From positions 32,001 through 96,000 of the forward strand of contig CAWCFX010000006.1 in assembly GCA_963795085.1 (NCBI GenBank): a DNA stretch of 64,000 bases. The letters are read 5' to 3'. The translations under genes and the position numbers were made by a program. The notes beneath the pieces were generated by a model. It saw only the letters and a list, made by a program, of their open reading frames with translations, was not told the DNA's origin and searched no databases. Position 1 is the first letter of the stretch. Every line of letters begins with the position of its first letter. Below are positions 38,869 through 48,140 of this stretch, one piece after another. The stretch comes from an uncultured Gemmatimonadales bacterium. Lineage in GTDB: Bacteria > Gemmatimonadota > Gemmatimonadetes > Gemmatimonadales > GWC2-71-9.

Positions 38869-39567
38869 CTACCGGGGTTGGGGGCGGGCCGCCACCTCCA
38901 CCTGGGCCGGTTCCATCCGGCGAAACAGGTCCAGCAGGGCCGGTTTTCGGCGGAGTACGATGACCAACTGGCCCGGCGGCGGCTCGTCCAGGCCGGTCAC
39001 CACCAGGTATGCGGGGAGCGGGAGACCCCCGGGTAACGCGACCCGGTAGCCGGTCCCGTGCCAGGCGAAGTCCAGGGTGGCCGGGGTCCGCCGGACCACC
39101 CGGTCGAGAAAGAAGTCGTCGTCCACCTGGTACACCCCTGGGACCACTTCCTCTCCGCCCAGGAAGAAGAGCGGGTCGAAACCCTCGCCATCCTGGCGGG
39201 CGAAGTTCTCCTCTGCCGCACGGTCGAAGTCCTCCAGCGCATCGGCGCGGGCCCGCCACTCGAGGTGGTGTCGCAGCTCGTGGGTCAGGGTCTGGAAGGC
39301 CTCTTCCTCCCAGTCAAACTCCGGGTCCAGCCGGGCCAGGGCCCGGAAGGAACCGTGGTACAGCACGATGCGGCTCTGGATATCCTGGAGGGCGGCGTCG
39401 TCGGCGAGCGGGCTGGGAATGCATTCCCCCAGGGTGTACACATCGGCCCGGAGCGGATGCGGCAGCACCGCGGCGGCCACCGTGATCTCGGCAACGCCCT
39501 CGAGGAAGTGCGAGGGCACCTGCTCGGCCAACTGGCGCACCAGGGCTTCAAATGCGGCGAACTGCAT
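38869..39567 (-). CDS. Zincin-like (minimal) metallopeptidase family protein with C-terminal extension
   Basis: RIVLYHGSF ... TLTHELRHHLE (HExxH). Confidence 0.75.
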   Translation of the reverse strand: MQFAAFEALVRQLAEQVPSHFLEGVAEITVAAAVLPHPLRADVYTLGECIPSPLADDAALQDIQSRIVLYHGSFRALARLDPEFDWEEEAFQTLTHELRHHLEWRARADALEDFDRAAEENFARQDGEGFDPLFFLGGEEVVPGVYQVDDDFFLDRVVRRTPATLDFAWHGTGYRVALPGGLPLPAYLVVTGLDEPPPGQLVIVLRRKPALLDLFRRMEPAQVEVAARPQPR

Positions 39568-39576
39568 CCCCTCCGC

Positions 39577-40863
39577 TCACGGCGCGGCGGCGCCTTCGAG
39601 CGCCTGCCGCAGGTCGGCGATGATGTCCTCGAAGTGCTCGACCCCAACGGACAGGCGGATCATACCGGGCGTAATGCCCATCCTGGCCTGGAGCTCCGGA
39701 GGAATGTCGGCGTGAGTCATGGTCCCCGGGTGCTCGGCCAGCGACTCGGTCCCTCCCAGGCTGACGGCGAGCTTGATCATGGCCAGTCGGTTGAGCACCC
39801 GGAAGGCGGCCGGTTCCCCGCCGTGCACGGTAAAGGCGATGATCGATCCGGGCCCGCTGCACTGGCGGGCGTAGACCGGCTGCATGGGATGGTCGGCCGG
39901 GAGCAGGCCCAGGAAGGACACCAGGGCCACGGCGGGGTGGCCCTGGAGAAAGTCGGCCACGTAGCGGGCGTTCTTCATCTGGGCCGTCATCCGCATCTTC
40001 AGCGTCTCGAGGCTCCGCATGAGGAGCCAGCCGGTCCAGGGGCCGGCCATGGTCCCCATGAACGTGCGCAGGGTGCGTACCGCCTTCATGGGTTCGGTCC
40101 GGCCCAGGCAGGCACCGGCAATGACGTCGCTGTGGCCCCCGATGAACTTGGTGGCGGAATACAGCACCAGGTCGGCGCCGTGGCGGAGCGGCTGTTGCCA
40201 TATCGGGCCGAGAAAGGTGTTGTCCACCAGGAGGGGCGGCGGCGGGGCGGCGCCGGCGAGCCGGTCGAGCAAGGCCCGGGTGCCCGCGATGTCCACCAGG
40301 TCGTTGGTCGGGTTGGCCGGCGTCTCCACGAGGCAGGCGGCGATGCGGCGCCCTGCGACCCGCCGCCCCAGCTCCGCTTCCAGGTCGCCCGGCTGGCGCC
40401 CGGCGGCGAAGCCCACCGGGTGCACGCCCAGTTCAGGCAGGAAGTGGCGGATAAAGTGATCGGTTCCGCCATAGAGCGGCTCGCTGTGGAGGAGGACATC
40501 GCCCGGCCGAACGAAGGCGAGCAAGGTGGTGGTGATGGCGGCCATCCCGCTTTCAAACACCGCCGCGCTCTCGGCCCCGTCCCACACCGTGAGCCGGTCT
40601 TCGAGAATCTCCAGGTCGGGATTGTTGAGCCGGCTGTAGATGAGGCCGGTGGCTTCCCCCGGCTCGGCTTCGCGAAGGCCGTACGCCACCGCGAAGAAAT
40701 CCTTGCCCGCTTCCGCCGATTCGAAGACGAAGGTGGAGGTCTGAAAGATCGGGCACTTGAGGGCGCCTTCGGAGAGCCGCGGATCGTACCCGTAGCTCAT
40801 CATCAGGCTCTCTGGCCGAAGCGGGTGTCCGTCCGGCAGGGTCAGGTGCTTCTCGGAGGTCAT
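39577..40863 (-). CDS. Trans-sulfuration PLP enzyme (cystathionine gamma-synthase / methionine gamma-lyase family)
   Basis: PIFQTSTF, YSRLNNP, ETPANPT, DNTF, SATKFIGGHSD, AVSLGGTESL, RLSVGVE. Confidence 0.9.
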   Translation of the reverse strand: MTSEKHLTLPDGHPLRPESLMMSYGYDPRLSEGALKCPIFQTSTFVFESAEAGKDFFAVAYGLREAEPGEATGLIYSRLNNPDLEILEDRLTVWDGAESAAVFESGMAAITTTLLAFVRPGDVLLHSEPLYGGTDHFIRHFLPELGVHPVGFAAGRQPGDLEAELGRRVAGRRIAACLVETPANPTNDLVDIAGTRALLDRLAGAAPPPPLLVDNTFLGPIWQQPLRHGADLVLYSATKFIGGHSDVIAGACLGRTEPMKAVRTLRTFMGTMAGPWTGWLLMRSLETLKMRMTAQMKNARYVADFLQGHPAVALVSFLGLLPADHPMQPVYARQCSGPGSIIAFTVHGGEPAAFRVLNRLAMIKLAVSLGGTESLAEHPGTMTHADIPPELQARMGITPGMIRLSVGVEHFEDIIADLRQALEGAAAP

Positions 40864-40877
40864 CGGTTGCAGGTCCT

Positions 40878-42209
40878 TCAGCCGGCGAGGTGAGTCTCCA
40901 GCCAGGCGGCGAGGTTCCCCTCCTGAACCCGTTCCTGCTGCATGGAGTCGCGGTGGCGCACCGTGACCATGCCGCCGGCCAGGGTTTCACCGTCGATGGT
41001 GATGCCAAAGGGGGTGCCGGCTTCGTCCATCCGGCGGTAGCGCCGCCCGATGGCGCCGCCGTCGTCGTAGAACAGGTTGAACCGGCGCTTGAGGTCGTGG
41101 TAGATCTGGTCGGCCCGCTCCGGCATGCCGTCCTTCTTGACCAGGGGGAACACGCCGGCCTTGATGGGCGCGATGGCGGGATGGAACCCCAGCACCACCC
41201 GGGTCTCCCCCTCGACGACTTCCTCGCGATAGGCATCCACCAGGACGGTCAGGGTGACCCGGTCGGCACCCGCGGAGGTCTCCACGATGAGCGGCAGGTA
41301 GCGCTCGTTGGCGGCCTGGTCGAAGTATTCCAGCTTCTTGCCAGAGTACTCCTGGTGGCGACCCAGGTCGAAGTCCCCCCGGTTGTGGATCCCTTCGATT
41401 TCGTTCCAGCCGAAGGGAAACTCGTACTCGATGTCGTAGGCGGCCCGGGCGTAGTGGGCCAGCTCGGTGCCGGCATGCTGGTGCCACCGGAGCCGCTCCG
41501 GCTTGAGACCCAGCGCATGGTGCCAATCCATGCGCCACGCCCGCCACCGCTCGAACCACTCCATGTCGGTACCCGGCTTGACGAAGAATTGCATTTCCAT
41601 CTGCTCGAACTCGCGGGTCCGGAAGATGAAGTTGCCCGGGGTGATCTCATTCCGGAACGCCTTGCCGATCTGGGCGATACCGAAGGGAATTCGCTGCCGG
41701 GATCCCTGCAGCACGTTGAGGTAGTTCACGTAGATGCCCTGCGCCGTTTCCGGGCGCAGGTAGACCACCGCGGCCGACTCCTCGACCGGGCCCATGAAGG
41801 TCTTGAACATCAGGTTGAACATGCGGGGTTCGGTCAACAGGCATGCGGTGTGCTCGCCCGGGTGTTTGCTGGGCTTCTGGGGGCAGGCCGCGTCCGCGAT
41901 CTTGTCGGCCCGGAAACGGGCCTTGCAGGTCTTGCAGTCCACCAGCGGATCGGTGAAGCCGGCCACGTGACCGGAGGCTTCCCAGACCCGGGGATGCATG
42001 AGAATCGCGGCATCGAGCCCCTCGATGTCGTCCCGCGCGTGCACCATGGCCCGCCACCAGCGGTCCTTGACGTTTTTTTTGAGCTCGACGCCCAGAGGTC
42101 CGTAGTCCCAGACCGACCCCAGGCCGCCATAGATCTCGGAAGACTGAAAAACGAACCCCCGCCGTTTGGCCAGGGAGACCAGCTTGTCCATCACGGTTTG
42201 TTCGGCCAT
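40878..42209 (-). CDS. glyQS: Glycine--tRNA ligase, alpha2 type
   Basis: [51 protein letters not shown]. Confidence 0.96.
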   Translation of the reverse strand: MAEQTVMDKLVSLAKRRGFVFQSSEIYGGLGSVWDYGPLGVELKKNVKDRWWRAMVHARDDIEGLDAAILMHPRVWEASGHVAGFTDPLVDCKTCKARFRADKIADAACPQKPSKHPGEHTACLLTEPRMFNLMFKTFMGPVEESAAVVYLRPETAQGIYVNYLNVLQGSRQRIPFGIAQIGKAFRNEITPGNFIFRTREFEQMEMQFFVKPGTDMEWFERWRAWRMDWHHALGLKPERLRWHQHAGTELAHYARAAYDIEYEFPFGWNEIEGIHNRGDFDLGRHQEYSGKKLEYFDQAANERYLPLIVETSAGADRVTLTVLVDAYREEVVEGETRVVLGFHPAIAPIKAGVFPLVKKDGMPERADQIYHDLKRRFNLFYDDGGAIGRRYRRMDEAGTPFGITIDGETLAGGMVTVRHRDSMQQERVQEGNLAAWLETHLAG

Positions 42210-42394
42210 GCCTTTATGTCACTGAGAGTTAGGATGCGGGAACATAGCGGGGAGGCGGGGAGGCATGGTAGCCGGAGCGGCTGGAAAGCCGTCCGCCGAT
42301 GACCGTGCGATTTGCCGCAAACCGGGGCGCTGCAAGGACCTGCCGGGCCGGCGCAAGTCTTGTTGCGGCAAGGCGTTAAATATCGTAGCTTGGG

Positions 42395-42409
42395 GGGCGT
42401 ACTTCTTGC
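42395..42409 (+). promoter_or_regulatory. Possible sigma54 (-24/-12) promoter for the pilin cluster
   Basis: GG-CGTACTTCTT-GC with GG-N10-GC spacing and TTGC, about 155 nt upstream of the first pilin. Confidence 0.4.
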
Positions 42410-42563
42410 CTTTGTTCCCTTGCCTGGATTATGGCCATCAGTGTCCCGGGCCCCCGCGGGTCGGTACTCCCGTTGGGTGATCCAGTAAAATGGCAAACCG
42501 CCGGCGACGGCGGGACGCAGAGCAAGGGATCTCAACGAGATTGCCCTGCCGCCTGGAGAGGTC

Positions 42564-43166
42564 ATGAGAGCTCGCACCCCAATTGCCGCACCTGCCTGTC
42601 CCGCCCGTCCGGCGGGACGCCGTGGCTTCACGCTCATCGAACTGCTGGTCGTGGTGGCGGTGATCGCCACCCTCAGCGCGATCGCGATCCCCCGGATCGA
42701 CCTGGACGCCTACAAGGTGAACGCCGCGGTCCGGGCGGTCACCAGCTCGCTGACCTACGCCCAGCGGCTGGCGGTCAGTCTCCAGCACGATGTCCGGGTC
42801 GCGTTCGATTCCGCCAACAGCCGGCTCCGGGTGCACGAGGACCTCGACAACGACAATATCATGGACCCGGCGGAGCGGGTCACGTTTACCCCGCTCGACA
42901 ACGGGGTGATCTTCGGCCTCGGCCCCGCCCCCGCGTTCACGGTGGGCGCCAACACGTTCAATTTCAACGGCCAGCAGGGCGGCCTGCCGATGCTGGTCTT
43001 CCGCCGTGACGGGTCGGTCAGCGAGAACGGGGGCTTTTACCTGAACGCGACCCGGGCCGTCGCCCAGGGCAACCCCAGCAAGACCCGCGCGGCCGAGATC
43101 ATCCGGTCCAGCGGGCGGATCACCTGGTATTCCTATGGCAGTTTCGCGTGGGTGAGAGGAAACTGA
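42564..43166 (+). CDS. Type IV minor pilin / pseudopilin (FimU/GspH-like)
   Basis: RRG|FTLIELLVVVAVIATLSAIAIP class III signal. Confidence 0.88.
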   Translation: MRARTPIAAPACPARPAGRRGFTLIELLVVVAVIATLSAIAIPRIDLDAYKVNAAVRAVTSSLTYAQRLAVSLQHDVRVAFDSANSRLRVHEDLDNDNIMDPAERVTFTPLDNGVIFGLGPAPAFTVGANTFNFNGQQGGLPMLVFRRDGSVSENGGFYLNATRAVAQGNPSKTRAAEIIRSSGRITWYSYGSFAWVRGN

Positions 43167-43167
43167 C

Positions 43168-43551
43168 ATGAGCAACCGCCGCGGCTTCACTCTGATCGAA
43201 ATCATGATCGCCCTGGTAATCCTGACGATCGTCTCCGTCGGGCTGGGCAAGTTCGTCGCGACCTTCCTGCACACCGTCGGCACCTCGACGGCGAAGACGG
43301 TGGCCACCGCCGTGGCGCAGGAACAGCTGGAGTTGATCCGGGCCGATCCCGGCTACGCGACGCTGGTAACCAACTACAACAACCTGACGACCGCCGGGTT
43401 TCCCGGGTACACCAATATGACCCGGACCGTGCGGGTGGTACGCACCACCGGCGCCACTCCCCGGCGCGACTACACCAAGGTGACCGTCCAGGTCACGGAG
43501 CCGACCATGGGAACCCCCGTCAACGTAACGATCGTGGTGGCCGCGCCATGA
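43168..43551 (+). CDS. Type IV minor pilin (PilV/GspI-like)
   Basis: RRG|FTLIEIMIALVILTI. Confidence 0.88.
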   Translation: MSNRRGFTLIEIMIALVILTIVSVGLGKFVATFLHTVGTSTAKTVATAVAQEQLELIRADPGYATLVTNYNNLTTAGFPGYTNMTRTVRVVRTTGATPRRDYTKVTVQVTEPTMGTPVNVTIVVAAP

Positions 43552-44727
43552 AGACGATCCCGGATCCACCGCGCCGAGGCCGGCTTCTCGCTGGTCGAGT
43601 TGCTGATCGCCATGGTGGTGCTGAGCCTGGTGATGGGATCGGCACTGAGCGTGTTCCGCTCCCAGAGCAAGAACTTCCGGGTGGGCGGCACCAAGATGGA
43701 ACTGACCCAGAACATCCGCTACGCCATCAGCACCGTGGACCGGGTGCTGCGGACCACCGGGGCGGGCACCGGCACCAACCAGCCCATGCTGGTGTACGCG
43801 GCCACCGACGCGGTGGTCTTCAATGCCAACTTCGCGACTAACATCGCCGACGGCATCGCGGTGTACGTGAACCCCGACCTGCCGGCCGGGGCCATCGACG
43901 CCATGACGACCGGCACCCAGATCACCCTGCCGGGGACGGCGATCGTGTACCCCACCGCCAATTACTTCTGGGGAGGGCTCACGCCCAGCCGGGCGGAGAC
44001 GATGTCCTTTTTCTTCCGCCCCGACTCCACCACGACGGCTGACCCGAACGATTTTATCCTGTTCCAGCAGATCAACGCGACGGCCCCGGAGCTGGTCGCC
44101 CGGAACATCCGGGCCTATCCGGGCCGCCCGTTCTTCGAATACTGGTACGACAGCGTGAACGTCTCCGGAGTGACTTTCTCCCGGCAGCTGGCCGCGGCCC
44201 GGATCCCGGTGCGCCATTCGGTCGCGCTGCACGGCGACCCGGCCGACGTCGGGACCTCGGCGCTGGCCGACAGCATCCGGATGGTCCGCATCAACCTGGT
44301 CGTTACCAACGGCATCATGGGGGTCGACTCGCTCAGCCGCCGGCTCTCGACCATGATCCGGCTGCCCAACAACGGGCTGGTCCAGCTGCGCACCTGCGGC
44401 GACCCGCCGATCTTCACCAGCGCGGTGGTGGCCACGCCCAACCTGGTGGGCGATCCCCCGGCGGTCACCCTGACCTGGCTGCCCTCGGTGGACGAGACCT
44501 CGGGCGAGCAGGACGTCTCCCAGTACAATGTCTATTTCCGGCTGGTCGGCGGCCCCCTGACCTGGGATCCTTTCCTGTCGCTGGCCGCGGGCCAGGCCAA
44601 CTACAGCGTCACCAGCGGCGCCGGCCTGGTGGTCGGCAACACCTATGAATACGCCGTCGCGGCCCAGGACTGCTCGCCCGCCGAGTCGCCGCTCAGCGTC
44701 AGCAACCAGGCCATGGTGAACCCATAA
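43548..44727 (+). CDS. PilW/GspJ-like minor pilin with C-terminal FN3-like domain; apparent +1 frameshift at 43559-43561
   Basis: AG|FSLVELLIAMVVL is out of frame with ATG 43548; removing one C gives MKTIRIHRAEAGFSLVELL; VTLTW...YNVY...YEYAVAA FN3 pattern. Confidence 0.75.
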
Positions 44728-44756
44728 TGCAGGAACGTCCCCGACCGGAGCCAACT

Positions 44757-46631
44757 ATGCTGACCGCCCGCAAGAGCGACGAGCGCGGTGTCGCGCTCAT
44801 CCTGACCCTGTTCCTGGCCCTGGTCGTGGCGGGGATGGCGATCGGGGTCATTCTCATGGCCAGCAACAGCAACCTGATCGCCAAGTTCCACTCGACCGAG
44901 GCCATGATGGCGGCGGCCGCCGATGCCGGCCTGGAGCAGGGGCGCGACACCCTGAACGGCACGCCGACGCTCATCCCGGTGGGCCAGGGCTTCGACACCC
45001 TGGAACTGAACGCCCCCGTCCGGGATGCCAACAACGTGGTCATCCCCGGCTTTACCCGCTCCCTCTACGCCGGCGAGAACGGCGACACCACCGGGCAGTT
45101 CGGCGTCTTCGCCAGCGTCATCTCGGTGATCAGCAACGTCCGCGGCGCGGTGGTGGTGCGGCGGATGCAGCTCAAGCAGGATTCGTTCTCCCGCTTCGCC
45201 CGGTTCTTCAACACCTGGGCCTGTTGCGCCTGGGGTAATACCGAGGTGGTCTTCGGCCCGGTGCACTCCAACCAGGGCATGGCGGTACAGACCCGGGGCG
45301 GCTTCCCGGGCGCGACCTTCTGGGGGCCGGTCACCACCGTCGGCAATGTCACCAACCAGGCTCACGGCAACTGGAACGGCGGGATCCAGACCGGCGCGCC
45401 GCCGATCGCCTTCCCCACCACCCAGACGCTCAACAACCTGCAGGCGTTTGCGACCACCGGGCAGACCGTGGTGACCGGCTACGGGACGCTCAACGCCGCC
45501 GACCCCGACACCCGCGTCGAGTTTGTCGCGTTGGACATGAACGGCGACGGCGACACCCAGGACCAGAACGAAGGGTTCTACCGGGTCTTCAAGGCCTGGC
45601 CCGGCGGGTCGGCGACGGTGCAGTCCCAGCGGCGCAGTTACGTGAGCGCCCGGCGGTGGCAGTGGGGTGACCTCGGCACCACGACCTATCCCGCGGGAAC
45701 CACGGCTGCCTCCGACCCCAACATCTATTCGCCGAACTGCGGCGGTACCTACGCCGGCGACTGGTGGACCGCGGACTCCGTGTACGTGCGGCGGCTGGGC
45801 ACCGTGGCCCAGAACGTGGCCGCCGTCCGGGCCGCGCTCGCCAGCGGCACCCGGCGCTGCTATCTCGGCGGAGACCGCCGGCTCTACCCCGACTCGCTCA
45901 ACCGGATCGCCGACCTGAACGGATACTGGGTGCCCTGGGCCGGATGGGCCGGGGCACCGCCCGCCGCGCTCATCGCGGCCGTCCAGCCCATGACGGTCGC
46001 GGGCCAGGAAACGGCGGTGGCTTCAACCTTCATACCCATCACCCGGGCGATGAACCCCAACTTCAAGGGGATCATCTTCGTCAACGGCAGCGTCGCGATC
46101 AGCGGCACGATCCGCGGCCGGGTCACCGTGGTGACCACCGGGGACGTCACCCTGGCCGACGACCTGATCTACGTGCAGCCGCCCGGCACCAACTGCGCCG
46201 ACATCCTGGGCGTCCTCACCCAGATGGATGCCCTGATCGAGAACAACAACATCAACACCCCGTTCCGGAACAACAACGTCTGGACGGTGCAGTTCGACGA
46301 TACGCCCGACGAGATCTTCCACGGGTTCTTCCTCACCCTCGGCCTCATGGAAGGGGAAAGCTTCGCCGGCGACCCGGCGGTGACCGCGCCGGAGAACTGC
46401 GGCGGCAAGAGCCGGGGCTGCAAGTCCATCATCGGCGGCACCATCCAGCAGGGCATCGCCGCGACATTTACCGGCAACAGCGGCTGGGCCGAACAGGACA
46501 CCTATGACGGCTGCGGCGTCACCGCCCCGCCGCCTTACTATCCGACCACCGGCCGCTTTACCAAGAACCGGTATTACGAGATCGACCCGGTCGGCTTCGA
46601 CGTGGCGACGTGGTTTGTAAACAACCAGTAG
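44757..46631 (+). CDS. Large PilX/GspK-like minor pilin with extended adhesin-like domain
   Basis: ERG|VALILTLFLAL (no E5, as in PilX); GPVHSN; GIIFVNGSVAISGTIRGRVTV; PPPYYP end. Confidence 0.75.
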   Translation: MLTARKSDERGVALILTLFLALVVAGMAIGVILMASNSNLIAKFHSTEAMMAAAADAGLEQGRDTLNGTPTLIPVGQGFDTLELNAPVRDANNVVIPGFTRSLYAGENGDTTGQFGVFASVISVISNVRGAVVVRRMQLKQDSFSRFARFFNTWACCAWGNTEVVFGPVHSNQGMAVQTRGGFPGATFWGPVTTVGNVTNQAHGNWNGGIQTGAPPIAFPTTQTLNNLQAFATTGQTVVTGYGTLNAADPDTRVEFVALDMNGDGDTQDQNEGFYRVFKAWPGGSATVQSQRRSYVSARRWQWGDLGTTTYPAGTTAASDPNIYSPNCGGTYAGDWWTADSVYVRRLGTVAQNVAAVRAALASGTRRCYLGGDRRLYPDSLNRIADLNGYWVPWAGWAGAPPAALIAAVQPMTVAGQETAVASTFIPITRAMNPNFKGIIFVNGSVAISGTIRGRVTVVTTGDVTLADDLIYVQPPGTNCADILGVLTQMDALIENNNINTPFRNNNVWTVQFDDTPDEIFHGFFLTLGLMEGESFAGDPAVTAPENCGGKSRGCKSIIGGTIQQGIAATFTGNSGWAEQDTYDGCGVTAPPPYYPTTGRFTKNRYYEIDPVGFDVATWFVNNQ

Positions 46632-46655
46632 TGGCCAGGTGACAGGTGACAAGGA

Positions 46656-46692
46656 GAAAGGGCTGCCCGCGAAAACCGTGGGCAGCCCTTTC
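46656..46692. terminator. Bidirectional intrinsic terminator between the pilin cluster and purA
   Basis: GAAAGGGCTGCCC...GGGCAGCCCTTTC 13-bp stem; outer 10-bp IR GGTGACAGGT (46638) / ACCTGTCACC (46724). Confidence 0.85.
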
Positions 46693-46751
46693 AACTGGAC
46701 CTGGGAATCACTCATCACCCGGGACCTGTCACCGGTTACTTCCCCGGTGTC

Positions 46752-48032
46752 TCAGACTTCAATAATCTGGTCCCTCCGGGTTCCCACGCTGACATAGCGG
46801 ATCGGCGCGCCGGCGAGGTCCTGCAGCCGATCCAGGTAGCTTCGCGCTTCGGCGGGCAGGTCGGCGAGCCGGCGGGCGTGCCCGGTGGGTTTCCGCCAGC
46901 CTGGCAGCACCTCGTACTCCGGCTTCACCCGCTCCAGCCGGTCCACGTCCGAGGGCATCTCCTCGCAGAGGTCGTCACCCAGCCGGTAGGCGACCCCGAC
47001 CGGGATCTCGGAGAACCCGTCCAGCACATCCAGCTTGGTGACCGCCAGCCCGGTGAGTCCGTTGACCCGGACGGCGTAGCGCACCACGGTGGCATCGAAC
47101 CAGCCGCAGCGCCGAGGCCGGCCGGTCACGGCCCCGAACTCGGCGCCCACCTTTCGCAGTTCCTCTCCCGCCGCGTCGAGGGATTCGGTGGGCAGCGGGC
47201 CGTTCCCCACCCGGGTGGTGTACGCCTTGACCACACCCAGCACGCCGTCGATCGCCGTCGGCCCGACCCCCGCCCCGACGGCCGCGCCGCCCGACGTGGT
47301 ATTGGAGGAGGTCACGTAGGGATAGGTGCCGTGGTCCACGTCCAGCTGGGCACCCTGGGCTCCCTCGAGCAGCACCCGTTTGCCCTCCCGCAGCGCCCGG
47401 TACACCAGCCAGCCGGTATCGGCCGAGAGTGGCAGCAGCCGGGGCGCCAGCCGCTGGAGCAACTCTTCATGGTGCGGGAACGAAGCCCGTTCGGCGGTCC
47501 CCAGCATTTCCAGAAGCCGGTTGGCCCGGTCCACCCGTTCCCGCACCAGGGGAAGGGCCACGGCCAGGTCGCGGAGGTCCGCCACCCGGACGCCCCGGCG
47601 GCCATACTTGTCCTCGTAGGTAGGGCCGATGCCCCGCCCGGTGGTGCCGATTTTCTGGCTCTTCTCACTCGCCGCATCGAGCAGCTTGTGATAGGGCATC
47701 ACCAGGTGGGCCCGCTCGGAGACCAGGATCCGGCCGGTGGTGTCGATGCCCCGGCGGTTGAGCTCGTCCAACTCGGTGAAGAAAGTTTCCGGGTCCAGCA
47801 CGACGCCGTTGCCCACCAGACAGGTTACCCCGGCATGGAGAATCCCGCTGGGAATCTGCTGCAGGATGAACTGGGTGTCGCCGATGACGACGGTGTGGCC
47901 GGCATTGGCCCCGCCCTGGTAGCGCACCACCATGTTGGCCCGTTCGGCCAGCACGTCCACCAGCTTCCCTTTGCCCTCGTCCCCCCATTGGGCGCCCACG
48001 ACGACCACGCAGTGTGTTTTGGGATCGAACAT
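46752..48032 (-). CDS. purA: Adenylosuccinate synthetase
   Basis: GAQWGDEGKGK, GGANAGHT, IGTTGRGIGP, EGAQG, TGRPRRCGW. Confidence 0.98.
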   Translation of the reverse strand: MFDPKTHCVVVVGAQWGDEGKGKLVDVLAERANMVVRYQGGANAGHTVVIGDTQFILQQIPSGILHAGVTCLVGNGVVLDPETFFTELDELNRRGIDTTGRILVSERAHLVMPYHKLLDAASEKSQKIGTTGRGIGPTYEDKYGRRGVRVADLRDLAVALPLVRERVDRANRLLEMLGTAERASFPHHEELLQRLAPRLLPLSADTGWLVYRALREGKRVLLEGAQGAQLDVDHGTYPYVTSSNTTSGGAAVGAGVGPTAIDGVLGVVKAYTTRVGNGPLPTESLDAAGEELRKVGAEFGAVTGRPRRCGWFDATVVRYAVRVNGLTGLAVTKLDVLDGFSEIPVGVAYRLGDDLCEEMPSDVDRLERVKPEYEVLPGWRKPTGHARRLADLPAEARSYLDRLQDLAGAPIRYVSVGTRRDQIIEV

Positions 48033-48071
48033 TCCTACCTCTGAGATGGCGAAGATCGGGACCCGGAACCC

Positions 48072-48095
48072 AAAAAAAAGGCCCCCGAGGGGGGC
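48072..48095 (-). terminator. Intrinsic terminator in the purA leader
   Basis: Minus strand GCCCCC-CTC-GGGGGC-C-T8. Confidence 0.75.
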
Positions 48096-48110
48096 GGGAA
48101 TCCTCGGGCA

Positions 48111-48139
48111 AGTCTAGTCAACTCACCGGTAATCGTCAA
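48111..48139 (-). promoter_or_regulatory. Sigma70 promoter upstream of purA
   Basis: TTGACG (48139-48134)-17 nt-TAGACT (48116-48111). Confidence 0.7.
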
Positions 48140-48140
48140 A

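Noticed and set aside
42210..42563. T-box or riboswitch upstream of glyQS
   Set aside because: No T-box consensus or terminator with U-tract recognised
48033..48110. Purine riboswitch upstream of purA
   Set aside because: The leader is too short and lacks the three-way-junction aptamer consensus
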